In this document: positions 30,589 through 39,311 of the stretch, piece by piece | Numbering within the stretch: the stretch's first letter is position 1 | Layout of the letters: every line of letters begins with the position of its first letter | IMG/VR virus record: IMGVR_UViG_2823670853_000002 | Length of the DNA stretch: 64,000 nucleotides | Source of the DNA: a virus | Taxonomy: Duplodnaviria; Heunggongvirae; Uroviricota; Caudoviricetes | Direction: 5' to 3' (one strand) | Program-made: the position numbers and the translations under genes | The notes under the pieces: generated by a model | Databases searched by the model: none | Told to the model about the DNA's origin: nothing | Seen by the model: the letters and a program-made list of their open reading frames with translations, nothing else

Positions 30589-30616
30589 ATTACACTAATA
30601 AATTTATTAGAGCAAT
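30589..30616. promoter_or_regulatory. Bivalent (overlapping inverted) C1 operator, ban-operon type
   Basis: Minus ATTGCTCTAATAAATTT (30600-30616, 17/17) overlapping plus ATTACACTAATAAATTT (30589-30605, 15/17). Minus-strand -10 TAATAT at 30592-30587. Confidence 0.7.
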
Positions 30617-32625
30617 ATACCTAAAACGTCATGAGCAACACCTCGAGTGTCCCCCTTACAAGACACAGAACGTCTGGCAAAAAGAGGTTCCACTCTGAAG
30701 CCATTGTCATGATAAAGCTCTCTGATGTTTGGCGCGCCACTGTTAGTAATGAGAACCTTTGCACCTCGGCGATGAGCATCCGTCAACAGAGACACCAGGC
30801 GTTTTTGCTCTTCAAACTTAAAGTCATGACCGGAATAGTTCGTGAATCCCTCTGTATTTGGAAGCGGTTCATATGGCGGATCGCAAAAAATGACATCTCC
30901 TTCTCCGGCAGCTTCAATCACCGCAGCAAAATCACCACATACAAACTCAGAACGACCTTCCGCACCGAGGAAGGCTTCCATCTCCTGTAATGGGAAATAC
31001 GGAGTTTTATACTTCCCATAACCGACATTGAACTCACCGGCCTGGTTGTAACGCGTCAATCCGTTAAAACAATGTCGGTTCAGGAACAAAAACGCCGCTG
31101 CGCGATGTAAATCATCATAGACTTGTTTGTTAAACGCATTCCGTACTGCCAGGTATCCTTCCTGTGTGTTGTAGTCCTGGAAAAACTGATGCGCCAGTGT
31201 GATAAGTGAATGCGCCTCGCGTTGCAGAGTCTTGTAAAAGTTAATCAGGTCAGCATTCACATCATTTAGCAGATTTTCCTGGTATCCGGCATTCATGAAG
31301 ACAGCTCCACCACCGACGAAAGGTTCAATCAGGCGCTTCCCTTCTGGCAAATAGCGAAAGATTTGTTCCAGAACACCAAATTTTCCACCAGCCCATTTGA
31401 ATATGGACCGTTCGAATTCTGCCGCTGGTTTAACTTTTCGCTCTTTTGTTTCACGCCCTTCATTCTGCCGACATGCAGCCTTGGTTATCCGCTCGCCAAT
31501 CCAGCGCATTACTGGTATCGCCATACTATTGCCGATCGCTTTGTAACGCGGTCCGTCAGCTGCAAGCATTGCGGCCTCTTCTTCGCTTAAATCTGGATAG
31601 TGATTGTGCAGATATGCCAGTTCATCTGAATTAACTTTTTTACGCTTTTCCGTAGGGATCAACGTATGCCAATCAGGAAAACCTTGCAGCCTTTCACATT
31701 CGACAGGGGTAAGACGGCGCATTCTACCGTCGCCGAGCAATACAATTGGTGCTTCATGGTTACATGTCAAAGTTGGTGCCGAATTATCGGTTTTTATCTC
31801 AGCCCCTCCTTGCCCATGTGCCATGGCAATTATGTTTGTATCATCGCAAGTTCTGATAGCGATGTTTGAAGTATATCTGGTAGTTTCCTTCCCCTCGCCT
31901 CTGCTCGGCGCAATATTCCGGCGCACGCCTTCGAACTCAAAAAGTACCGTTGCGGGATCGAGGTCTGTTCGAGCACTTGCGACAACAAACACGCGTCGGC
32001 GTCGTTGTGCCACTCCGAAGTATTGGGCATCAAGGATTCTCCAGGCCACCTTTCGCTGCGGTCCATAAATACAACCACACTGCGGCCACTTTGGAGCATG
32101 GCAACCGGTTTTGACATCCCACCGCCAGAACGTGTTACTTTTTCGTGATTCAGGTCGATCACCAGGTTCGAATGGCGCATCTTCTCCAGCCAATCCGGCA
32201 AGGAAACATCCGAACGCGTTGTCTGCTGATGACAGGACTCCTGGGACATTTTCCCAGACGATAACTGTCGGTTTGAGGAAGGACTCAGACCGTTTGTCGT
32301 CAATTGCATTTGCAAGCTCCACATACTTCAAAGTTAGCGCGCCGCGTTCATCATCAAGCCCACCACGTAAGCCCGCGATACTGAATGCCTGACAAGGCGT
32401 ACCCCCGACGAGCACATCAGGGGCTTCAATTTCTCCAGCCTGGACTTTTTGGGCGAGTTTTGTCATGTCGCCAAGGTTCGCGACATGGGGCCAGCGGTGC
32501 GCAAGAACGGCAGATGGAAAAGACTCGATTTCAGCAAACCACGCCGGACGCATACCCAACGGTTCCCAGGCAATACTCGCGGCTTCAATTCCACTGCAAA
32601 CAGATCCATAGCACAGCTCTTTCAC
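30607..32625 (-). CDS. dmt: Bifunctional DNA methyltransferase: N-terminal C5-cytosine MTase fused to C-terminal Dam-like N6-adenine MTase
   Basis: N-terminal half has [27 protein letters not shown]-terminal half has [22 protein letters not shown]. Confidence 0.9.
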   Translation of the reverse strand: MKELCYGSVCSGIEAASIAWEPLGMRPAWFAEIESFPSAVLAHRWPHVANLGDMTKLAQKVQAGEIEAPDVLVGGTPCQAFSIAGLRGGLDDERGALTLKYVELANAIDDKRSESFLKPTVIVWENVPGVLSSADNAFGCFLAGLAGEDAPFEPGDRPESRKSNTFWRWDVKTGCHAPKWPQCGCIYGPQRKVAWRILDAQYFGVAQRRRRVFVVASARTDLDPATVLFEFEGVRRNIAPSRGEGKETTRYTSNIAIRTCDDTNIIAMAHGQGGAEIKTDNSAPTLTCNHEAPIVLLGDGRMRRLTPVECERLQGFPDWHTLIPTEKRKKVNSDELAYLHNHYPDLSEEEAAMLAADGPRYKAIGNSMAIPVMRWIGERITKAACRQNEGRETKERKVKPAAEFERSIFKWAGGKFGVLEQIFRYLPEGKRLIEPFVGGGAVFMNAGYQENLLNDVNADLINFYKTLQREAHSLITLAHQFFQDYNTQEGYLAVRNAFNKQVYDDLHRAAAFLFLNRHCFNGLTRYNQAGEFNVGYGKYKTPYFPLQEMEAFLGAEGRSEFVCGDFAAVIEAAGEGDVIFCDPPYEPLPNTEGFTNYSGHDFKFEEQKRLVSLLTDAHRRGAKVLITNSGAPNIRELYHDNGFRVEPLFARRSVSCKGDTRGVAHDVLGILL

Positions 32626-33527
32626 TGCTTAGCCTCTCCACCAAGGGCATTTACCAGAGCATCAACCAGGCACGAAATTTCACTGGTCAACAGGAAGAAA
32701 TCTGCGTCCAGTCGCTGCGCAACATCTTCACTATCAATATCAGAGTTCTGCTCAAGCAATTCATCCGCAAATTTGACGCTGGTAAGGCTGAAGTTATGGT
32801 CCAGTGTAAATTTAATGCGGTTCTGCCAGTCGAGTGCCAACTTAGTGACGAGCTTGCCAGCTTCCAGGTGTGTGGAAATTTCATCGCTTCCCAAATCCTG
32901 CTTTTTCACTCGGGCAATACCGCCATCCTCAAGCACTGCCTTAAGTTCTGCCGCATCCCCCATTTGAAATCCCTGTGGAGCACTACCATCACGTACCCAG
33001 TCGGTCAGCGTTAATTCAATGGGATTTTCAACACTCAGGGGAACAACAGGAAGAGAACCCAGAGACTTACGCATAAGCGCGAGCATATCCTCTGCCTGCC
33101 GCGCGCTGGCATTGATATAGATACGTTTAGTTGAACCGTCGTAGATCGCCTGGATAACAGAAAACTTTGAAAAAGCCCGTGGCAGAAGAGAATGCAGAAC
33201 TTCGTCTTTCAGGGAGTCCTTCTCTGTTTTCTTAAGTTTACGCGCTTGTTCTTGCTCAAGTTTTTCAATTTTTTCTTGAATAGCTCGCTGGATAACCGGC
33301 GGGGGAAGAATTTTTGTTTCGCGCTTTGCTTCAACAAGGATAAAACCATTTCCATGCATAGCGATAACTTCGGAATTATCACCAAATGGCGATACAAAAC
33401 CGAACTTGGCCATATCCTGACTACCGCATGGCGTGAAAAGGATCATTTTCTTTTTATCTTCTAAGTCGGTCAGATCCGCCTCACGAGAAAGTTTATAAAT
33501 AGTAATGTTTTTCCAGTGCTTAAACAT
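32622..33527 (-). CDS. hrdC: RdgC-like recombination-associated protein
   Basis: Start taken at [16 protein letters not shown] (compare RdgC MLWFKNLMVYRL); 301 aa. Confidence 0.75.
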   Translation of the reverse strand: MFKHWKNITIYKLSREADLTDLEDKKKMILFTPCGSQDMAKFGFVSPFGDNSEVIAMHGNGFILVEAKRETKILPPPVIQRAIQEKIEKLEQEQARKLKKTEKDSLKDEVLHSLLPRAFSKFSVIQAIYDGSTKRIYINASARQAEDMLALMRKSLGSLPVVPLSVENPIELTLTDWVRDGSAPQGFQMGDAAELKAVLEDGGIARVKKQDLGSDEISTHLEAGKLVTKLALDWQNRIKFTLDHNFSLTSVKFADELLEQNSDIDSEDVAQRLDADFFLLTSEISCLVDALVNALGGEAKQ

Positions 33528-33804
33528 GTTGTAACCCTTGAATATCAACCACAGAAAGCTCGTCTTTGTAGAAAAAGGCCAGGTTGTGGCACCCCCTCGT
33601 TTGAGCGTATGAGCTGGGACCAATTTCGTTCTTCCAGACAAATGGCTTCAAATCCGTACGGCGAAGCATAAAAACGCGATTTGTTCCGCTCTGATTCCCA
33701 ATGAGGCAAAAGCCTTCTTTCACCTTGATAGCCTGCAAGTTGTCGAGTTCACCGCTGGTTACACGGCTATCGAACTCCTTGCGGCTTATTAGCTCCATCT
33801 GCAT
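33520..33804 (-). CDS. uhr: Hypothetical protein upstream of hrdC
   Basis: Start moved to [11 protein letters not shown] because the track start overlaps the promoter/operator; 94 aa. Confidence 0.45.
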   Translation of the reverse strand: MQMELISRKEFDSRVTSGELDNLQAIKVKEGFCLIGNQSGTNRVFMLRRTDLKPFVWKNEIGPSSYAQTRGCHNLAFFYKDELSVVDIQGLQHV

Positions 33805-33875
33805 CTGACGACTCCAAACAAATGCCCATTGAAGGGCGATGGCTGAATGGTACCGAAAACACGACATAAAAAACA

Positions 33876-33892
33876 ATATTTATTAGAGCAAT
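33876..33892 (-). promoter_or_regulatory. C1 operator match (uhr-hrdC-dmt operon), with a plus-strand TATAAT at 33895-33900
   Basis: Minus ATTGCTCTAATAAATAT (16/17). Confidence 0.6.
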
Positions 33893-33973
33893 TTTATAAT
33901 GAGTAAACGCCATGTAGACCACAAACAACCTAAGTTAAAATAACGAAAATCAGAGCAAATCATTGGTGATAAC

Positions 33974-34258
33974 GTGGCAAGTATTGCAACAAAAGACAGC
34001 ATTTGTTCGGGGCACGGAGGATTCCCATCCAGGCCTCCTGTAGAGAGTGAACCACTACTTAAAGTCAACGGAGTAGAAGTGTTAGTTGATGGTAAGCAAT
34101 ATGCACAGCATACCGATGGAAACAGTACGCACGGTGGGCAAGCTATATCAACCAGGGCATGGTTTACCGTCAATGGTAAAGGGGTCGTATGCGTTGGTGA
34201 CCCTGTTTCATGCGGCTCTACCGTAGCATCAGGAGACGGCCTGGTTCAGGTAAGTTAG
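33974..34258 (+). CDS. PAAR-like spike-tip protein
   Basis: 94 aa, GTG start; CSGHGGFPSRPPV...THGGQAIS...VGDPVSCGSTVASGDGLVQV fits small PAAR-repeat proteins. Confidence 0.6.
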   Translation: MASIATKDSICSGHGGFPSRPPVESEPLLKVNGVEVLVDGKQYAQHTDGNSTHGGQAISTRAWFTVNGKGVVCVGDPVSCGSTVASGDGLVQVS

Positions 34259-34266
34259 GAGATATC

Positions 34267-35037
34267 ATGCTGGAAAAAGACTACCAGTTATCCGCATATA
34301 AAAAATTGGCCGCAGCCGGTGGGATGAAAACACCTGGTGCCATAACATCAGCACGAAACAGTGCTAACACGGCAAAACAGCTTGCAGAAGAATTGACGGG
34401 ATTAATTCTGGATACAATTGTCTATCCCGACACTATTACCAGCTATGTTTCAACGATCAGAACAACCACAACCGGCTTAACGAACATTGGAGAACTGGCA
34501 ACTAAGCACGCGGACCTGTTGGCTGATTATGCAGATCTGTCAATGCTGCTTCAACTCGATATTGGTTGGGATGTTTACTGCCGTGCTAATGAGCGAGAAG
34601 TTTCAGAACTGCCGATCTCTATTGCCATTGGTGATGTGAATATTACTAAATCGCTTGAGGACGCTGTTAATGCGCTTAATACATCAAGTTTAGTCGCTGC
34701 TATGGGGGAGATTAACCAGACCCTTAACACTGGCTCAGGAAGCTCGTCAGGCTCTGGTTCAGGCGGCGGAACTGCCACTCCCCCACCAGCACTAACAGAA
34801 GAACAAATTGAATCTCTGAAAGTAGCAACTGAACAGTTTGGGGTTGTTTTCAACCAGACAACAGCGCCCACAACTGCGTTACAACAGCAGTATGAACGAG
34901 CGAATGAAAGCGCCAACGTAGCCATAACTGCTTATAACCATGCTATCGGTACCGCGCTTGCGGAAGCATCAGCAAAGAACCACGGCAGCCTGGCGGCTGC
35001 AAATCGTGGTGTGGCAGAATATGAGCTTTCAGAGTAA
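34267..35037 (+). CDS. Hypothetical protein with Gly/Ser linker, co-transcribed with PAAR gene
   Basis: AGGAG RBS before the ATG at 34267; 256 aa; central GSGSSSGSGSGGGTATPPP linker. Confidence 0.55.
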   Translation: MLEKDYQLSAYKKLAAAGGMKTPGAITSARNSANTAKQLAEELTGLILDTIVYPDTITSYVSTIRTTTTGLTNIGELATKHADLLADYADLSMLLQLDIGWDVYCRANEREVSELPISIAIGDVNITKSLEDAVNALNTSSLVAAMGEINQTLNTGSGSSSGSGSGGGTATPPPALTEEQIESLKVATEQFGVVFNQTTAPTTALQQQYERANESANVAITAYNHAIGTALAEASAKNHGSLAAANRGVAEYELSE

Positions 35038-35056
35038 CCATCCAGAATGAGTTCCC

Positions 35057-35329
35057 ATGTCACACAACCTGGAGCACCAGAAAGTCCACACCAGAATGGT
35101 GAAAGAGGTTCTGAAAGCCGTCGCCAGGGCCAATAATCACCCTTATCAGTCTGTATTTACAGACTTTATCGCCGGTCATCCCTCCTGTACGGTCTGTTTC
35201 TGGGAAACCTTCCACAAAATGTACCCGGATTCACCGTACGAATACGTCACGTTCTGCCATACCTGCCGTCGTTTTGATTTATACGAAACTGAAGCGGAGA
35301 TGAAGGCGGATGACCCGAAGTGGTGGTGA
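35057..35329 (+). CDS. Small Cys/His-rich ORF preceding and overlapping the transposase
   Basis: 90 aa; overlaps the tnp start by 20 nt, as for the small upstream ORFs of IS91-family elements. Confidence 0.4.
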   Translation: MSHNLEHQKVHTRMVKEVLKAVARANNHPYQSVFTDFIAGHPSCTVCFWETFHKMYPDSPYEYVTFCHTCRRFDLYETEAEMKADDPKWW

Positions 35330-36518
35330 TTTTCAGCCCCGACCGCTGAAACGCCTGTTCACAGCCAACCAGTGCTGGACATCCTTCCTGGATGCGGGCG
35401 GCCTGCGCGATATCGAGGTTGAGGCTGTCACAAAAATGCTGGCCTGCGGCACGCGGATACTGGGTGTGAAGGAATACAACTGCGATAAACCTGAGTGCCC
35501 CCACGTCAGATACGTCACTAACTCATGTGGCAGCCGTGCCTGCCCGTCCTGCGGAAAAAAGGCCACAGACCTGTGGATAGCGACACAGCTGAATCGTCTT
35601 CCTGACTGCGACTGGGTGCACCTGGTCTTCACCCTGCCGGACACGCTGTGGCCGGTGTTCGAAAGCAACCGCTGGCTGCTGAATGACGTGTGCCGTCTGG
35701 CGGTGGAGAATCTGCTGTATGCAGCCCGGAAACGGGGTCTGGAACCCGGTATCTTCTGCGCCATCCATACGTATGGCCGTCGTCTCAACTGGCATCCGCA
35801 TGTGCATGTGTCAGTGACCTGCGGAGGTCTGAATAAACACGGACACTGGAAAAAGCTGAGCTTCCTGAAAGACGCGATGCGTTCGCGGTGGATGTGGAAT
35901 ATGCGGCAGCTGCTTCTGAAAGCGTGGTCAGAAGGTCTGGCGATGCCGGAATCGTTGTCACATATCACGACGGAATCACAGTGGAGAAGCCTGGTGCTGA
36001 AAGCCGGCGGAAAATACTGGCATGTGTACATGTCGAAGAAGACAGCCGGAGGGCGGAATACGGCACGCTACCTGGGTCGTTATCTGAAGAAGCCACCAAT
36101 AGCGGCTTCCCGGCTGGCGCATTACAACGGAGGAGCGAGTCTGAGCTTCCGTTACCTGGACCACAAAACGGGAGAAACGGCGACGGAAACGCTGACACAG
36201 CGGGAGCTGGTCGCGAGGCTGAAACAGCACATCCCGGAGAAGTTTTTTAAGATGGTGAGATACTTCGGGTTCCTTGCCAACCGGGTGTGTGGAGAGAAGC
36301 TGCCGCAGGTGTACCGTGCTCTGGGGATGGATAAGCCGGAACCAGTGGCGAAAGTGTGCTATGCACAAATGGTGAAACAGTTCCTGAGTCGTGACCCGTT
36401 CGAATGCGTGCTGTGTGGCGGCCGGATGGTATACCGCCGGGCCATTGCGGGGCTGAATGTATCAGGGCTGAAGAAAAACGCGCGGGATATCAGTCTGCTG
36501 AGGTATATGCCGGCCTGA
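35310..36518 (+). CDS. IS91-family HUH/Y2 transposase
   Basis: N-terminal Zn-binding SCGSRACPSCGKK, HUH motif NWHPHVHV, Y2 motif ARYLGRYLKKPPI; 402 aa. Confidence 0.85.
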   Translation: MTRSGGDFQPRPLKRLFTANQCWTSFLDAGGLRDIEVEAVTKMLACGTRILGVKEYNCDKPECPHVRYVTNSCGSRACPSCGKKATDLWIATQLNRLPDCDWVHLVFTLPDTLWPVFESNRWLLNDVCRLAVENLLYAARKRGLEPGIFCAIHTYGRRLNWHPHVHVSVTCGGLNKHGHWKKLSFLKDAMRSRWMWNMRQLLLKAWSEGLAMPESLSHITTESQWRSLVLKAGGKYWHVYMSKKTAGGRNTARYLGRYLKKPPIAASRLAHYNGGASLSFRYLDHKTGETATETLTQRELVARLKQHIPEKFFKMVRYFGFLANRVCGEKLPQVYRALGMDKPEPVAKVCYAQMVKQFLSRDPFECVLCGGRMVYRRAIAGLNVSGLKKNARDISLLRYMPA

Positions 36519-36807
36519 CACAGGCTAAGTGTGCCCGGGAATCGGTGCAGGTATAAAAAACAGCCTGTTACGGTATAAAAATCGACCATGCAGAGAGAGA
36601 AACCACCGGAGTGGAGGGAAAAGCAGAAAGGCTCACGTGGCATAAGGCGTGGACAGCGGTATCGTCTGGTTTTTCAATTTCCTATACGTCAAGGCCAGCA
36701 CAGCCAGCGCAGTCGCCGCTTTGGTTCCTGATTCTGTTCTTGATGAATTAAACAAAGCGGCACAGTAACAAAGGACTTCATTGATAATTTTTCTTCAGGA
36801 GGAAGAC

Positions 36808-37230
36808 ATGTCATTCTTTTCTACGTTAAAAACAGCTTTGTCTTTGAAGGAGAAACTTGCTGCTACTGGTGTTCTTGTTCTGATTTGCGCACTTGTTGGT
36901 GCTGGGTTTGTATGGGAACGTCATCAGCTAAAGCAAGCCATGGAGAAAATTGGCAGTCTTGATCAGGCTGTTAAGGAACGTGATAAGTCAATAATGGATC
37001 TTAACCAGACCATTGAGACGATGAACAAAGCAGAGCAACATTTTCACAGCCAGGAAGTGAAAAATGAATCAGAACAAGCCAAATATGCTGACAGGCAAAT
37101 GGAACGAAAAGCTGAAGTTCAGAAACAACTGGTTGCGGCGGGTAATGTTCGCCAGCGCATTCCTGCTGACACTCAGCGGTTGCTCCGGGAGTCGATCAGC
37201 GAATTTAACGCCGACGCCGATAAAGGTTAA
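36808..37230 (+). CDS. ppfA: i-spanin-like (Rz-like) type II membrane protein
   Basis: ATG 36808 with GGAGG RBS; N-terminal TM (ATGVLVLICALVGAGFVW) then a periplasmic coiled coil. Confidence 0.55.
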   Translation: MSFFSTLKTALSLKEKLAATGVLVLICALVGAGFVWERHQLKQAMEKIGSLDQAVKERDKSIMDLNQTIETMNKAEQHFHSQEVKNESEQAKYADRQMERKAEVQKQLVAAGNVRQRIPADTQRLLRESISEFNADADKG

Positions 37231-37396
37231 CCACCCTGCCCCCAAAAGTGCATTTATGTGCAGGATGCCAGAGTTTAGCAGTGAATATTTTGATGATCTG
37301 CCAGCCTATATCCTTGATACAGAAACGATGCTGATGGGGATTAACAGGAAGAATCGCAACGTTAATGATTACAACCGCGCTATCAGCGGTAACTAA
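37064..37396 (+). CDS. mlp: o-spanin-like lipoprotein, overlapped in +1 frame with ppfA
   Basis: Lipobox LLTLSGC; starts inside ppfA and extends beyond it (overlapped spanin architecture). Confidence 0.55.
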   Translation: MNQNKPNMLTGKWNEKLKFRNNWLRRVMFASAFLLTLSGCSGSRSANLTPTPIKVNHPAPKSAFMCRMPEFSSEYFDDLPAYILDTETMLMGINRKNRNVNDYNRAISGN

Positions 37397-37407
37397 AAGG
37401 GATTTTT

Positions 37408-37800
37408 ATGTCTGATAAAGTAACAGTAAAGCAAACTATCAACAAAGCGACTTCAATCTACAAAATTGAGCACATCACTGTTGGCAAGCCAGGATCTGAA
37501 CAATACCGTCATGCTTTCGAGCTTGCCGATCAGCTTGGTTTAAAACACCCGGATTGCATCGAGCATGTATTTCCGACCTATGCTGATGAGCAATGTACTC
37601 ATGTTCTTACCGAAGAGGATTTTTTCAGCACTGAAGAACGAGAAGGCGTTGATCGCTGCATTGGTGTGATTTGCTCTTCAGTGAGTTATGAGTTATTCCC
37701 TAATGTCCATGAAAATGGTGGTATTGGATACCAATTCCTGTACGAAGGCGATGAGCTTAAATGTTATGAACATGGCCTTCTCATCGAAAGCGTAGAATAA
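37408..37800 (+). CDS. Hypothetical protein adjacent to oriR
   Basis: 130-aa ORF followed by a hairpin terminator. Confidence 0.55.
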   Translation: MSDKVTVKQTINKATSIYKIEHITVGKPGSEQYRHAFELADQLGLKHPDCIEHVFPTYADEQCTHVLTEEDFFSTEEREGVDRCIGVICSSVSYELFPNVHENGGIGYQFLYEGDELKCYEHGLLIESVE

Positions 37801-37813
37801 TACCCTTCCTTCT

Positions 37814-37834
37814 AACCGGCTATGTTGGCCGGTT
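37814..37834 (+). terminator. Hairpin terminator
   Basis: AACCGGCTATGTTGGCCGGTT followed by TATT. Confidence 0.55.
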
Positions 37835-37842
37835 TATTCAAC

Positions 37843-38054
37843 TTATCCACAGCATAGATCCAATAAACAGATCCTAAAGAGAACCTAGTAAGATCCAAAG
37901 AAGATCCCGGATCGCTGTAAGCCGCGTCATTTCTGGCCTGAAATGGGATCAACATTGACTATACGCGATTTTATGTTGACTGTGCACGATTTATTGTTGA
38001 CTGCACGCGATTTATTGTTGACTATACGCGACAGAAACATTGACTGTACGCGAT
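37843..38054 (+). other. Plasmid origin oriR: DnaA box, five GATC sites, five 21-bp-spaced iterons (incC-like)
   Basis: TTATCCACA at 37843-37851. GATC at 37857, 37870, 37892, 37903, 37910. Iterons TTGACT(A/G)(T/C)(A/G)C(A/G)CGA(T/C) at 37955, 37976, 37997, 38018, 38040. Confidence 0.8.
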
Positions 38055-38134
38055 TTTAGAGTCTGAATATTCACAGCTGTTGATAACAGCCATCCAAATT
38101 GACGTCAGGCCGCGCCACACATGGAGAAACCACG

Positions 38135-39019
38135 ATGCCGGAAGAAAGTAAAGGCTTCCTTAGCGTTGAAGAAGTTGCAGGAAATACAGGAGAAATCCAC
38201 AGCCTGAAGCCCAATAACAACAGCACTATACAACCCATCGCTTTGTTGCGTTTAGGTGTGTTTGTGCCAACCTTAAAATCTACCAATGTGGCGCTACGTC
38301 GCGGATCGTCAGTTACAACAAACACAACGAACGCAACTGAAGAACTATCAAGCCTCAAAATTGTTGAGCAGGAAGGCTATGAGGGAATTGAAATTCATGG
38401 TCCACGCCTGGATATGGATACTGATTTTAAGGTGTGGGTGGGCATAACCTCCGCGTTGTTTGACTATGCACCTGATGATGACGGTATAATCACCCTGCCA
38501 TTCTCCGAGTTTGCCGATCGATGCGGCTATCCACGTAAGCGCCTTTCAAAGGCGTTCCGTAAAAGTATTGATGACTCTCTGACACGCATTCAGCAGACAG
38601 TTGTCAAATTCCGCTTCCCGGCGGCAAAAGGTCATCTCAATAACATTAACGTCAACTTGTTGGCATATAGCAGCCTGAATACCGAGCTTGATGTTATCGA
38701 GATCCAGCCGCAGAAACAGCTATCTGAACTTTACTATGTTGACTATAAGCGAATCCTGAAGCTGAAGATGCTGGATAAACTAGGGCGCAAAGAGACGGCC
38801 AAGGTACTGTATACATTCTTTGAGGCTCTACCCGCCAACCCGGCACCTGTCAGCATTGAGCGCCTTAGGGCGAGGCTTAATCTCAAATCATCCGTTAGCG
38901 TGCAAAATAGCGTTATCAGAAAAGCCATGAAAGATTTAGAAGCTATTGAATATCTTAAATTTTCAGAGATAAAAAACGGCAGGAAAATCGGCTTCCAGAT
39001 CCATAAGCGCAATCCATAA
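38135..39019 (+). CDS. repA: Iteron-binding replication initiator RepA (P1/RepFIB family, diverged from my recollection of P1 RepA)
   Basis: ATG 38135 with GGAGA RBS. IQPIALLRLGVFVP, GPRLDMDTDFKVWVG, and YTFFEALPANPAPVSIERLRARL parallel P1 RepA blocks, but overall identity is clearly partial. Confidence 0.8.
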   Translation: MPEESKGFLSVEEVAGNTGEIHSLKPNNNSTIQPIALLRLGVFVPTLKSTNVALRRGSSVTTNTTNATEELSSLKIVEQEGYEGIEIHGPRLDMDTDFKVWVGITSALFDYAPDDDGIITLPFSEFADRCGYPRKRLSKAFRKSIDDSLTRIQQTVVKFRFPAAKGHLNNINVNLLAYSSLNTELDVIEIQPQKQLSELYYVDYKRILKLKMLDKLGRKETAKVLYTFFEALPANPAPVSIERLRARLNLKSSVSVQNSVIRKAMKDLEAIEYLKFSEIKNGRKIGFQIHKRNP

Positions 39020-39021
39020 TA

Positions 39022-39276
39022 TTGACTATATGCGATAGCGAGAAGTTGACTATAGGCGACATTCGTTGACGCTGGTGGATTTTTGCTGGCGTCAATATTC
39101 TGCAAGTCTCTATTGAGATGGCTTTTAGGGCCATTTCATCGCGTATAGTCAACGTTTCTCCCGACAATATCTTACATAGTCGATCTTTGGTGGAGTTAAA
39201 TCGACTACAGTCAACTTTTGACTGTAGTCACATCGCGCATAGTCAACTATTCACATTAACCTTCGCGCATAGTCAA
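39022..39276. repeat. incA-like copy-control iteron cluster (8-9 copies, both orientations)
   Basis: Plus-orientation TTGACTATATGCGAT 39022 and TTGACTATAGGCGAC 39046. Reverse ATCGCGTATAGTCAA 39138. TCGACTACAGTCAA 39201, TTGACTGTAGTCACA 39218, ATCGCGCATAGTCAA 39232, TTCGCGCATAGTCAA 39262, plus degenerate copies. Confidence 0.8.
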
Positions 39277-39311
39277 CATTTGCGCGGTTCTCATCAAGCA
39301 GTGGTATTGAT

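Larger units (their letters stand above)
35040..36735 (+). mobile_element. IS91-family (rolling-circle, IS1294-like size) insertion; boundaries approximate
   Basis: Y2/HUH transposase plus a small upstream ORF, GC-richer than the flanks. GTTC/CTTG tetranucleotides at the right flank (36722-36742). Sits between the PAAR operon and the spanin genes. Confidence 0.6.

Noticed and set aside
35333-36368. Long antisense ORFs (232, 130, 94 and 77 aa) within the IS91-family transposase gene.
   Set aside because: They are Arg/Ser/Pro-rich mirror frames of a GC-rich gene. The sense frame carries all catalytic motifs.
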